A stretch of DNA of 36,126 nt from a virus (taxonomy: Duplodnaviria > Caudoviricetes), in the IMG/VR virus record IMGVR_UViG_3300033405_000047, positions 1-36,126 of that record; one strand, 5' to 3'. Shown here piece by piece: positions 17,319 to 26,009 of this stretch. Positions within the stretch are counted from its first letter, which is position 1, and every line of letters begins with the position of its first letter. Made by a program: the position numbers and the translations under genes. Under the pieces are notes generated by a model, which worked only from the letters and a program-made list of their open reading frames with translations, was not told the DNA's origin and did not search any database.

Positions 17319-19757
17319 TTAAAGTTTTTCGAGCCGGCCGGTGGCCGGGTTGAGCCACTGCTCACCGGGGTTGTAGTCCCATCCGGGATCGATGCCGCGC
17401 GGGATTTCGTGAATCTCTCCTGTCTTCTTGTCCACCCATTCATAGGTGCCGTCATCGGGCGCCTTATCGGGACCGGTCTTGCCCATGGCCGCAAGTTCCC
17501 GCTTGCCGGCGGACAGGACCTTGCAGCGGCAGCCCCAGCCGTTGGGCGTGTAGTGGGTCTTCCACCAGGGATCCTTGGCCGGCAGCGTCGTGCCGTTCCA
17601 GGAAAGGTGCAGCGGCCGCGGCACCCGGCTGTCGCCGTGGCGATATTCCAAATACGGATTGACCTGGAGCAGGTCGGGATCGGTCAACTGTTCCCAACGG
17701 CCGGCGTTGTAGGCGGTGCGGATGTTGGTGTCGTAGATCGTCTTGCTGCGCCAGCCGCGTTCTCCCTTGTAGCTCCAGCCGTAACGGGCTGCGATGGCGT
17801 CGAAGTCCTTAAGGAAGGCGGCCTGAGTAGTGCCGTCGGTCAGGGCGGTCTGGAGGGATTCGCGGAAATCCGCCAACTGATAATCGAGCATGACGCCGGC
17901 GACGGTGAATTGTTGGCTGTGCTCTCCCTTCCAGACGTCGGTCCAGGATTCGCTTGTGACGTTCAACTTTTGGCGGAAGAACTTGATAGCCTGGTCGAAG
18001 GGGAGCGGGGCGCCCTCGGCGAAGTCTAAGTCTAAGACCCTAAGGGTTTTCAAAACCCTTAGGGTCTTGTTTTTGACCTTGGCGAACCAGGACCCTTCGC
18101 TGAACTGCACTCCATCCACCTTAACCTCATCCATGACATCGGATCGGCCGGTGAGACGGGCCACTGCACAACCACGGGCCAGGGCGTTTGCCGCCTGTTT
18201 GATGTCCAGGTGGTTGCGCAGATCCCCGAGGGTGTCGAGGGCCGCGGCCAGGTCTCGGGCGGTCGCTATGTGGTGGTAGATGGCGGCTATGAGGGAGGAC
18301 CCGTCGTCCTCGGTCATGGCCTGGGTGGAGATGGCGTCAATTTCGTCAGGCGTGGCGCCCTCGGCGAAGGGGAGACAGTGCGGACAGTGGTGCTCGGCGA
18401 AGTCGGGGGTTTGCTGTTGATCTTTCCCTGCTTCTACCACCCCCTTGCCCACTCCTGATCCAGGAGGCGGTGTCTTCGGCATCTCCTCCAGTTCTTCGAT
18501 ATCGTCTTCCTCCAGACCGTGGGTCCGGACGAAGTATTTCTTGGTGAGCCGGTACTTGCCACCCGCGAGGAGCGCCGCAGCCAGGGCCTGGTCCTGCTCG
18601 GCCAGGGTCTTGCCGTCCTCCGAGTCCTCGCAGATGATCCTGATCTGCGAGTACCGGTTGAGGCCGGGGAACTGGTAATCGATGAGCCAGGGGATAGTGC
18701 CGTTTTTCGGGTCGTTCTGCGGTTCGCACAAACTGTCCGCGTCGTCCTTGATGTAGTCGAGGTAGACCGCCTCCTGTTCCTGGGAGTCACCGAGCTTGCC
18801 CGGCTGCCCGCCGGTGGTGGCGAGCTGGCCGAGGATGGAGATGGTTATGTCGTCGTTGCAAAAATCGACCAACTCCTTGTAGCTGCTGATGTTGCCGCTT
18901 TGCACCTCCTGGAGGAGGCGCAGCGCCATGCCCTGGGGAAACACCACGGCGCTGTTGCTGTGGACAGAACCGGCGGCGGCCAGAAGGTCCTGCTGTTTTC
19001 CCTGGTCGGTACCGGGTGGATATTCGCCCAAGACGGTGGGCGCAGCATGCTTCTCCAGCCACTGCACCCATAATTTGATGTCGGTGCGCTTGAAGAACCA
19101 CGGCCAGTACAACTCCATGCCCAGGCCATTGCCGTAGGGTGAGATAACCTCGTCGCCGAAAGTGAAGGTCTGAAATTTGCGCAGCAGCAGGCCGCTGGCT
19201 TGGTCGATGGTAACGTTTTCACCGGGATAGGGGTTATCAATGGTAAGCAGATGCAGATCGCCGTTGGGGGCGTATTTGAAGCGGCGCTGGTGTCGGTAAC
19301 GCATGGATGAGACAAAGGTGCAGCCCTCGGAGTAGTCCCACATGACCTCCGAGATGGCGAAGCCTTTTAGGATGCCGCCGCGCAGCACCGGACGCCGGGC
19401 CAGGTCGTAGGGAAACGATTTGAACACCTGGTCCACGTATTCTGCCGCTTCGATATCGATCTTTTCCTGGGAATAGGGGACGATCTGCCATTCGCGGCCT
19501 ACGACTGCCTTGGCGCGGGTGCGCAGGTTGGCCGCCACCCTCGGGTCTCTGCCGATCTTGTCGTATAGGGTGATATCGCCGCCCGCCTCCAGGTTGAGGA
19601 TCTCGTCGGGATTTTCCATGATAGGGAGCCACGCCTGGAAGTTATAGACATCCGTGGCGGCCGAAGCGATCTCTTCGCGCACCGGTTTGTTGACGTCGAC
19701 CTTGATCACCGGGGAGAGGGCTGAGCCGAACTGGTCGTATAGGGTTACCTGGTTCAT
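17319..19757 (-). CDS. Fused portal (DUF935/gp29-like) and gpF-like head morphogenesis protein
   Basis: N-terminal portal motifs (G.A.SEVMW, EK...P...G.YP, ILGQ..TT); C-terminal gpF motifs (FTVAG, TNIRTAY.AGR, PR..H..W.G, PNGWGCRC); one 812 aa frame. Confidence 0.88.
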   Translation of the reverse strand: MNQVTLYDQFGSALSPVIKVDVNKPVREEIASAATDVYNFQAWLPIMENPDEILNLEAGGDITLYDKIGRDPRVAANLRTRAKAVVGREWQIVPYSQEKIDIEAAEYVDQVFKSFPYDLARRPVLRGGILKGFAISEVMWDYSEGCTFVSSMRYRHQRRFKYAPNGDLHLLTIDNPYPGENVTIDQASGLLLRKFQTFTFGDEVISPYGNGLGMELYWPWFFKRTDIKLWVQWLEKHAAPTVLGEYPPGTDQGKQQDLLAAAGSVHSNSAVVFPQGMALRLLQEVQSGNISSYKELVDFCNDDITISILGQLATTGGQPGKLGDSQEQEAVYLDYIKDDADSLCEPQNDPKNGTIPWLIDYQFPGLNRYSQIRIICEDSEDGKTLAEQDQALAAALLAGGKYRLTKKYFVRTHGLEEDDIEELEEMPKTPPPGSGVGKGVVEAGKDQQQTPDFAEHHCPHCLPFAEGATPDEIDAISTQAMTEDDGSSLIAAIYHHIATARDLAAALDTLGDLRNHLDIKQAANALARGCAVARLTGRSDVMDEVKVDGVQFSEGSWFAKVKNKTLRVLKTLRVLDLDFAEGAPLPFDQAIKFFRQKLNVTSESWTDVWKGEHSQQFTVAGVMLDYQLADFRESLQTALTDGTTQAAFLKDFDAIAARYGWSYKGERGWRSKTIYDTNIRTAYNAGRWEQLTDPDLLQVNPYLEYRHGDSRVPRPLHLSWNGTTLPAKDPWWKTHYTPNGWGCRCKVLSAGKRELAAMGKTGPDKAPDDGTYEWVDKKTGEIHEIPRGIDPGWDYNPGEQWLNPATGRLEKL
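18035..18067. repeat. 33-bp palindrome, copy A7, in frame inside portal-gpF
   Basis: agaccctaagggtttt-c-aaaacccttagggtct; encodes TLRVLKTLRV. Confidence 0.95.
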
Positions 19758-19777
19758 TGTTGCCTCGTGGGAGAGAT

Positions 19778-19810
19778 AGACCCTAAAGGTTTTTGAAACC
19801 TTTAGGGTCT
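19778..19810. repeat. 33-bp palindrome, copy A8
   Basis: agaccctaaaggttt-ttg-aaacctttagggtct. Confidence 0.95.
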
Positions 19811-19815
19811 GAACC

Positions 19816-21225
19816 TTACATCATGTAATTGCTCATGCTTCGGCTGAAGGAGGTGCGCAGGGTGTCAGTATTGGTCATGAATTCAATCGGGACCGCTCCC
19901 GTGCCGGCGGCATGAATTGCCAGGGCCAGCGCCCAGAAGCGGTCGGCATGGCCGTTTTCGCTGCGCTCGGCAGTGAAGCGGATGTTGCCGGCGGCCGTGG
20001 TTTCCTTGGTGACGGCCCGCAGGTCGGCGCGGATCTCCGGCTTGAAGGGAATGCGGAGCTTCTTGTCCTCCATCCTGCCGCGCACCGGGTAGGCCAGCTC
20101 CTCCTTGACCCGGGAGTTGAAGGTCACGCACTCGACCCGGTATTCCCCGAACTTGCGCACCGCGTCGTCGCCCCAGCCGATCCCCAGGCCGGTGTAGTCG
20201 AGGCAGGTGCGGCTCATGTTGGCCATGATCGGCCAGAGCACCTTTTCCTGGTCTGGCTTGCTCATGTTGCGCAGCTCGACGATCTGGCGCGTGTAGAGCA
20301 CGTCGCCCAAAAGTTCCAGTACCCACAGGACCGTGAGGTCCTTCTTGCGGCCGATGTCCAGGCCGGCGTAAAGCTGTCCCTTCGCCTGAACGCCGCAGTC
20401 GCGCTCCCACTGCTCCGCGCCCGGATACTCGCAGCCGGCGATCAGGTCGTACTCGAGGAACGCGCTGGCGTCGTCGGCGGCGACGCACATGTATTCCTGC
20501 TGAAACGATTCCTCATCGGCGCACCCCGATTTGATAAAATCGAAGTATCCGGCCTCGTCCAGATCCTGGATTTCATGATCTCCCGGGAGAGACTTCTGGA
20601 GCTTGTAGAGAAAGCCCTGGTCTAGTGCGTCCTGGAGGGTGACGCGGTGCAGGCTAATCTTTTTCGGGTTGCCGTGTTCGCGGATCTCGCGAATCAGGAG
20701 ATTGAAGAAGTTGGCGCTACCGCGGTGGGTGGAGATGACCTCCATGTTGCCGCCCCAGGTGATGCCGGGATAGGCGATGCTCCAGAGCTTGCGCGGATCG
20801 GGATGCAGGGCGAATTCATCCAGGATGCGGCCACCGCGCTTGCCCGCCTGGGCGTCCGGGTTGCTGGACATGGAGTGGATGCGCCGGTTGTTGGCGAAGT
20901 GGAGGACATAGGCGGAGATTTTCTTTTCCTCGTCAATCACCCGTTCGCCCAGATCCTCGGCGGCGATTTGGAGGAGCTTCGCGAACATCTTGCAATCCTC
21001 GATCACCAGTCTGGCCTGGAGATCGTCACGGCTGGAGATCCATTGGTCCCATTTGTTCCCGGCCTCGGCGGTGCGCTCGTCGGCCGCGTAGGCGGTTGAC
21101 CAGGAAAGGCCAATTTGCCTGGCCTTTTCCATGAGCTTTATGCGGCTCACGTCCTTTATCCATTTTTCCTGGTAGTAGAGGAAGAGGGCGTCCGGATTGG
21201 CCGGTATGATCTTGGCGTTGCCCAT
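19816..21225 (-). CDS. Terminase large subunit (Mu gp28-like)
   Basis: EKARQIGLSW Walker A, ILDEFA Walker B, FQQEYMC, GLDIGR nuclease and HADRFWALALA motifs. Confidence 0.95.
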   Translation of the reverse strand: MGNAKIIPANPDALFLYYQEKWIKDVSRIKLMEKARQIGLSWSTAYAADERTAEAGNKWDQWISSRDDLQARLVIEDCKMFAKLLQIAAEDLGERVIDEEKKISAYVLHFANNRRIHSMSSNPDAQAGKRGGRILDEFALHPDPRKLWSIAYPGITWGGNMEVISTHRGSANFFNLLIREIREHGNPKKISLHRVTLQDALDQGFLYKLQKSLPGDHEIQDLDEAGYFDFIKSGCADEESFQQEYMCVAADDASAFLEYDLIAGCEYPGAEQWERDCGVQAKGQLYAGLDIGRKKDLTVLWVLELLGDVLYTRQIVELRNMSKPDQEKVLWPIMANMSRTCLDYTGLGIGWGDDAVRKFGEYRVECVTFNSRVKEELAYPVRGRMEDKKLRIPFKPEIRADLRAVTKETTAAGNIRFTAERSENGHADRFWALALAIHAAGTGAVPIEFMTNTDTLRTSFSRSMSNYMM

Positions 21226-21226
21226 G

Positions 21227-21808
21227 TCAGTTTGCCATCATGAGCACATCGCGACGGATGCGCTTGATCGTCTCGGCCGAGACACCCTCGGCCCTGGCCG
21301 TTTCACCGACCTTGTTGGCCGCGTCCTGGAGAGCCTTCTCCCGTTCATTCTTCCGGATCTCCGATTCACGCTTGACGTTGATCGTGGCGGACTGCTCCAG
21401 CCTCTGCATGGTAAGAGCCAGGCTTTTGATCTGATCAAACGTGGCGGACATGGTCTCCGGGTCCTTCAGGTCAACATCCTGCAACTTTAGAGATAACTCA
21501 AAAGCCATGCTCCGAAGCATCTCGTTGATCAAGAGGCCGGTCTCGCCCTGGGGCGCGGCGCCGACGTGGCTGATGTACATCTGGGCCACCTCGCGGGACT
21601 GGCGCAGCCTAGCGCCTACCTCTTCCATCCGGACGGCATAGCGGTTGACGGCGCTCTTGCTGACGCGGTCGGGATGGCCCTCGGCCTCCAGGATCTCATT
21701 GATCCGGGCCGTGGCGTCCAACTGGGTAACGCGGGGATCCTGGAGGAGTTGTTGGAGCTTGGCCAGAATGTCTGCCGGCAGACGCTCTATGGTGGAGGGA
21801 ACGGCCAT
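21227..21808 (-). CDS. Mu gp27-like (DUF3486) putative small terminase
   Basis: STIERLP and SKSAVNRY motifs; start placed at MAVPST just after the upstream stop. Confidence 0.85.
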   Translation of the reverse strand: MAVPSTIERLPADILAKLQQLLQDPRVTQLDATARINEILEAEGHPDRVSKSAVNRYAVRMEEVGARLRQSREVAQMYISHVGAAPQGETGLLINEMLRSMAFELSLKLQDVDLKDPETMSATFDQIKSLALTMQRLEQSATINVKRESEIRKNEREKALQDAANKVGETARAEGVSAETIKRIRRDVLMMAN

Positions 21809-21810
21809 TA

Positions 21811-22113
21811 TCAGCCCCTCGGGCTTGGTTTGGCCACGCCCGGCACCCGCGCCGATCCGGAGGCGCAATCCAGGCCGCGCTGGGTGAGGGTGGCGATGTA
21901 GAGGTTGCCCGTCTCCTCCAGGTCGATCAGCCCCTGTTCCTTCAGCCAGGCGAGTTCGGTAATCATCTTGTCGCGGGGCGTCTTATAGCCTGCCTTTAAT
22001 TCCAGCAGTTTGTGCAGGATAGAGGAATTGAGCCGGTAATCGCCGTCGCTCTCCTCCAGGAAGCGGAGGATCACCAGGCGCATGTCTTCGGTGATTACAT
22101 CGCGGAAACTCAT
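21811..22113 (-). CDS. Mu gp26-like winged-helix protein
   Basis: ED.RL.ILR.L, L.WL.EQGL, A.LT.RG.D and PGV..PSP motifs. Confidence 0.85.
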   Translation of the reverse strand: MSFRDVITEDMRLVILRFLEESDGDYRLNSSILHKLLELKAGYKTPRDKMITELAWLKEQGLIDLEETGNLYIATLTQRGLDCASGSARVPGVAKPSPRG

Positions 22114-22118
22114 TATCG

Positions 22119-22649
22119 TTAACCCCCGTGTTTATGTATCCCATTGTTCAGCAGGAATTCGTTCATCATCTCGGTCAGGTGGCTGATGCCCGGCATGGCT
22201 CCGGAGATCTTGGACACCTCTGATTTCACTTCCATCATTTGGGAATGGACGCTATTGATCTTTTCGTGGAGCTTGCCGATTGCCTCGTTGTTCGGAAGAT
22301 GTTTCAAGTCGGTTTCAATGGCGGTTAACAGGTCTTTATGCTGCCCAAGCCGGTCGTTGTGGCCGTCCATGCGTGACACCAATTGCTGATGGCCGTTGCA
22401 GTGGGTGGGGACATTTTCCTTGATGGCTTTGACATCGCTTTTCAGCGTCTCGATATCCAGCGCTTTCGGACCTGTTTCCTTGATGGTCTTCATATCGTTT
22501 TTAAGATTTTCAATGTCCTTGGTCTGGTGCTCAAACCTTCCCTTGATGACCTTTTCACGCGAGTTCCACCACGAATAGGCGATTGCCAAAAGGCTGAAGA
22601 GAGCGTTGATCAGTGTCAGGTAAAAGTGCCCTTTGGCGTAATCCATCAA
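22119..22649 (-). CDS. Mu gp25-like (DUF2730-type) membrane-anchored coiled-coil protein
   Basis: N-terminal TM helix, IE..L.HLP motif; position before gp26. Confidence 0.7.
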   Translation of the reverse strand: MMDYAKGHFYLTLINALFSLLAIAYSWWNSREKVIKGRFEHQTKDIENLKNDMKTIKETGPKALDIETLKSDVKAIKENVPTHCNGHQQLVSRMDGHNDRLGQHKDLLTAIETDLKHLPNNEAIGKLHEKINSVHSQMMEVKSEVSKISGAMPGISHLTEMMNEFLLNNGIHKHGG

Positions 22650-22891
22650 TTCCTCCAGTTTTCCAATAGATCCTGACAGTCGATGCAGCGGCGGCAGCCG
22701 TTAACGGCATGCCGCCGGGCTTCGGGTATGGGTCTGCCGCAATCCACGCAGTGGGTGGAGCTGGTGATGATGGCCGATCCCTGGCGGCGGATATGCTCCG
22801 CCAAGGCGTTGGCCTGATACAGCTCGTTGATTATCTGGGCCTGATCGATCTCGTCTATGTCAGCAGTGATGGAGGGCGCGATTGACCGCAT
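22646..22891 (-). CDS. TraR/DksA C4 zinc-finger protein
   Basis: C.DCG.PIPEARR....GC.RC.DCQ motif; start uncertain. Confidence 0.85.
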   Translation of the reverse strand: MRSIAPSITADIDEIDQAQIINELYQANALAEHIRRQGSAIITSSTHCVDCGRPIPEARRHAVNGCRRCIDCQDLLENWRN

Positions 22892-22961
22892 ACAGGGCGA
22901 GGCCGAAGTAAGCGCAGAGGACGAGGATGCAGAAAGCCACGATGGCCCAGAGGAATTTCAT
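22860..22961 (-). CDS. 33 aa single-TM peptide
   Basis: MKFLWAIVAFCILVLCAYFGLALYAVNRALHHC with a CAGGAG SD; manually translated. Confidence 0.6.
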   Translation of the reverse strand: MKFLWAIVAFCILVLCAYFGLALYAVNRALHHC

Positions 22962-22977
22962 CTGCGTCTCCTGAGAA

Positions 22978-23433
22978 TCAATTGCCCATGAGGGGGACGT
23001 CGAAGGCAAAATACGTGGTGGCGCTCGTCCATGCTTTTTTCTCGGATAGCCCCGATTGCCAGCCTCGCGAGCCGAAGCCGAAACCGATGGGGACAGCTCC
23101 GATCGTGGTGATGGTTGTGTGGATCAGCAGGTTGAGGGCCGTTACCTCGTTGGTCCCCACTTTCGACAACTGCGGGCCGACGTAGAGGCCCACGGTGTCG
23201 AACATACCCGAGCCGGTGAACGTGTAGCCCTCGCCGATGAAGAGGCCGGCGGACAGCAGGTTGTAGTCGCCGTTGAGGTAGAAGGCACCTACCGACCCGA
23301 GTATGCCGGTGTTCCACCCCAGGGTCGGGGCTGAGGTGGTTACCTGTGTGGTTGCCGGGGGCGTGGTGTCGGCAAAGGCGATGGCGTTAGACAGGCACAA
23401 GGCGATGCAAATGACCGATGCAAGTTTTTTCAT
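22978..23433 (-). CDS. Putative exported beta-strand-rich protein
   Basis: MKK + h-region + AFA signal; alternating hydrophobic/Gly strands. Confidence 0.75.
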   Translation of the reverse strand: MKKLASVICIALCLSNAIAFADTTPPATTQVTTSAPTLGWNTGILGSVGAFYLNGDYNLLSAGLFIGEGYTFTGSGMFDTVGLYVGPQLSKVGTNEVTALNLLIHTTITTIGAVPIGFGFGSRGWQSGLSEKKAWTSATTYFAFDVPLMGN

Positions 23434-23765
23434 GATTTGATCCCTCCGATTTTCTGAATTTCGTTGATGGCGTTGTTGGTGGCGTTAATGACCGCCTCTT
23501 CCAATGCCTGTGAAACCGCTTCAGACACCTGCTGCGTTGCGGCGGAAATGGCGGGGCTTCCCGGGGGGGCCGATTTCATGAGGGCGCCGATGACAGTTGG
23601 GATAGCGGCTTGAATCGCGACAATGGTCGCGTGCCGCGTATTGGTCCAGTCGATGGTCCCGATGGCTGATTGCAGCCCGACCAGAACCGCTCCGATCAAC
23701 GACCCGACCAGGGTCGGGACCGGATGGCCGAAAACCCTTTGCCATAACTCACCTAGAAACTTCAT
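23430..23765 (-). CDS. Putative holin (two TM segments)
   Basis: Two hydrophobic segments; lysis-region position; GGAGG SD. Confidence 0.55.
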   Translation of the reverse strand: MKFLGELWQRVFGHPVPTLVGSLIGAVLVGLQSAIGTIDWTNTRHATIVAIQAAIPTVIGALMKSAPPGSPAISAATQQVSEAVSQALEEAVINATNNAINEIQKIGGIKS

Positions 23766-23791
23766 TTGTCACCTCCCTCGTATGGTTTGTT

Positions 23792-23824
23792 AGACCCTAA
23801 AGGTTTCAAAAACCTTTAGGGTCT
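23792..23824. repeat. 33-bp palindrome, copy A9
   Basis: agaccctaaaggttt-caa-aaacctttagggtct. Confidence 0.95.
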
Positions 23825-23841
23825 GGGTCTCCTCCGCGAAA

Positions 23842-24348
23842 TCAAATCCCCTCGTTGATCTTGAACCGGAGCGCCTGCCACTTGCCCAGGTATTTGGCCA
23901 GCCATTCCCCGCAGTCCGATGGCGACATTTCGGCCATGACCATGTTTAAGAACAAGCCGATGGCGGATGTCACGGTGGCCACAACCTGGCTGCAAAAATC
24001 CTGGGTGGGGTTCTGCTCGACCAGCTGGACCGGCAGGAAATTCTTGGCGATTCCCTCTTTGTTGTAGGAGAGTTTGACGCCGTAGATCATGTCGGCGTTG
24101 TACATCATCTGCGCGGCCTTCCAGACGATCTCGTTATCACCCTCGACGGTGCCGAGATCGACTATGTCCCAATCATTCATATCTTGCGAGACAAGCTGCT
24201 CGAATGAGCAGATGCGCGGACCGTCTTCGAGCGTGGAGCTGAAAAACAGCCCCGGCTTGATCTCCAGTTCGATATGGGCGTATTTGCCGGTCCATGCCTC
24301 GATTACCACCGCCCAGAGTGCGTTGCCTTTGTAGAGCCAGATTTTCAT
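23842..24348 (-). CDS. Putative permuted papain-like (NlpC/P60 superfamily) enzyme
   Basis: N-terminal YAHIEL (His), later Y, then FCSQVVA (Cys) and SP. Confidence 0.6.
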   Translation of the reverse strand: MKIWLYKGNALWAVVIEAWTGKYAHIELEIKPGLFFSSTLEDGPRICSFEQLVSQDMNDWDIVDLGTVEGDNEIVWKAAQMMYNADMIYGVKLSYNKEGIAKNFLPVQLVEQNPTQDFCSQVVATVTSAIGLFLNMVMAEMSPSDCGEWLAKYLGKWQALRFKINEGI

Positions 24349-24869
24349 TTGTCCCCCTCCAGTCTTTTCTCCGCCGCCTCAATGGTCTCGCCCTGCTGAG
24401 GAACGGGATCGTCGTTTGTTTTTGCTATCGCCTGGATAATCCACATGGGAAAAACAAGGTCATGGATTCCGGTGGCATTCCCGGCGGCATGGTTGACTCC
24501 GGTATGGTGACGCTGGCCGAGAACCATTTGGTTGCGGATGTCATCGACCGATGTAAGAGGAATATTCTTCATGAGGCGCCCGTATCCGTAGACATCGAAC
24601 GTCTCAAGGAATTCCTTGAGCTTGTCGAAATCGACAAAGCCCTGGAGACTCCATTCGCAACCGACATGGTGGACCTGGAGCTTAACGATCTCGCCGTCTG
24701 GGTACCTATCGCCATCCTTCAGCCCTGTTACCCAGCAGACATAATGACCGTCTTCCTTCAGGCGTCTGATCGAGCGCTCAAACTCAGGGCTGGCTGTGCG
24801 ATCGGCGTGGGCCGGGGTAATGACCATGTCCTTGAGGTTGATCGTTTCGGTGTGCTCGGCTACGGTCAT
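24345..24869 (-). CDS. HNH-like (His-Me) protein
   Basis: CW.....LQVHH..E and N..VL...HH....GIH pattern. Confidence 0.55.
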   Translation of the reverse strand: MTVAEHTETINLKDMVITPAHADRTASPEFERSIRRLKEDGHYVCWVTGLKDGDRYPDGEIVKLQVHHVGCEWSLQGFVDFDKLKEFLETFDVYGYGRLMKNIPLTSVDDIRNQMVLGQRHHTGVNHAAGNATGIHDLVFPMWIIQAIAKTNDDPVPQQGETIEAAEKRLEGDK

Positions 24870-25042
24870 TTTTCCTCTCTATTCTCCAGCGTTTTCAGCG
24901 CAGCATCGCGCTGGCGCAATCGCTTACAGCCGTCGCAGCCCTGGCAACCGCGATAATTAGTAGCTACGTAGCCACCGGTCTGAGGGCATTGTTTCCTTTC
25001 GAACGGTTCCGCTATTCGTTTAACAGATGGATTGATTCTCAT
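24866..25042 (-). CDS. 58 aa Cys-containing hypothetical protein
   Basis: MRINPSV...CPQTGG...CQGCDGC; ATGA overlaps at both ends; manually translated. Confidence 0.6.
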   Translation of the reverse strand: MRINPSVKRIAEPFERKQCPQTGGYVATNYRGCQGCDGCKRLRQRDAALKTLENREEK

Positions 25043-25179
25043 CGGGACTGCTCAATAAATTCATAGACCGAGTTAACCATCCAAAGCAGGAAGGCCACGA
25101 TTATGCAAAGAATCAGGACAGCGGCTATCGGTACCATCCATATGCCCCAAAGTATCCACAGGAGTGTGTTCTTGATCAT
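25039..25179 (-). CDS. 46 aa membrane peptide (holin/antiholin candidate)
   Basis: MIKNTLLWILWGIWMVPIAAVLILCIIVAFLLWMVN...; directly after the endolysin; stop overlaps the next ATG. Confidence 0.6.
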   Translation of the reverse strand: MIKNTLLWILWGIWMVPIAAVLILCIIVAFLLWMVNSVYEFIEQSR

Positions 25180-25188
25180 GCAATATCC

Positions 25189-25791
25189 CTATTCCCACGT
25201 CCGGATCAGCCAGTTGTCAAGATAGGCGCGTTTTCGCTTATCGGCCCTGGCGATGGCGACGTAACGTTCGGAACGCAGGGCCTCGAATACCAGGTAGAAG
25301 AGCACCCTCTGTTCGCGCGGCTTGGTATAGGCGTTGATCCAGTTGACCATGTTCCGGTCGATGCGGGCGTTGAGGGGATAATCGGCGCCATTACCGTTGA
25401 GGATATTGCAGGTCTTTTCGACCAGGATAGCCGCCGTGCCCATACCGCAATTGACGGCAGTGTCGAGGATCGTGGTGGCAAGACCCTGGCTCTTCAGCCC
25501 GGTGAGCACGAGGGGGTTCCAGAAATCCCGCTCGTAGTAAAGGGAAGCGGTGGCCAGGGTTAGGTTCTTGATATCGACCTTGGGATAGCTGGCAGCGGCG
25601 ATGCCGAATTTCGTGCCCTTGAGAACACCCTTGCCGACCTTGCCGCCGGTCCAGTTGCCGCTGTCGTTGTGCAAACACTGGTAGCCGCCCTCGTGGCCGA
25701 AGATGGAAGCGAGAGCCTTTTGGCTTTCGGCGGCAAAGATCGGCTCGCAGGACGAAAGAATGAGAAGTATGGGAATTATGGCAAGGCGCAT
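25189..25791 (-). CDS. Endolysin, glycoside hydrolase 108-like, with N-terminal signal/lipobox
   Basis: HEGGY...D.GNWTGG...GTKFGI, A...Y..DFW and D.AVN.G motifs; leader MRLAIIPILLILSSC. Confidence 0.85.
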   Translation of the reverse strand: MRLAIIPILLILSSCEPIFAAESQKALASIFGHEGGYQCLHNDSGNWTGGKVGKGVLKGTKFGIAAASYPKVDIKNLTLATASLYYERDFWNPLVLTGLKSQGLATTILDTAVNCGMGTAAILVEKTCNILNGNGADYPLNARIDRNMVNWINAYTKPREQRVLFYLVFEALRSERYVAIARADKRKRAYLDNWLIRTWE

Positions 25792-25912
25792 GGTGAACCC
25801 CCACAAGCGTGAATGGTAAAAAGCCCCACTTCCGGGAGCAGAGTCCGGAAGTGGGCATCAAAAGGAGGTACTGTCTGTGGGGGATACTATGGGGTGGTTG
25901 GCTTGAGTCCAA

Positions 25913-25927
25913 TCGAAGGGCTTCAAA
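25913..25927 (-). promoter_or_regulatory. Putative late-activator site upstream of the lysis operon
   Basis: TTTGAAGCCCTTCGA on the - strand, similar to 16465-16480. Confidence 0.5.
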
Positions 25928-25929
25928 GA

Positions 25930-25963
25930 AAAGCCCCAATCCATGGGCATGGAAAGGGGCTTT
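25930..25963 (-). terminator. Putative intrinsic terminator after mor
   Basis: AAAGCCCC...GGGGCTTT stem with inner CCATG/CATGG, followed by TCTTT on the - strand. Confidence 0.55.
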
Positions 25964-26009
25964 CGGGTAATCCGCGCTTAATACGCTTCTGGCGTTAAGC
26001 TGTCAATAA

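Noticed and set aside
18375-18400. HHCPHC in the portal linker as a heme c attachment motif
   Set aside because: It does not match CxxCH, and the protein has no export signal.
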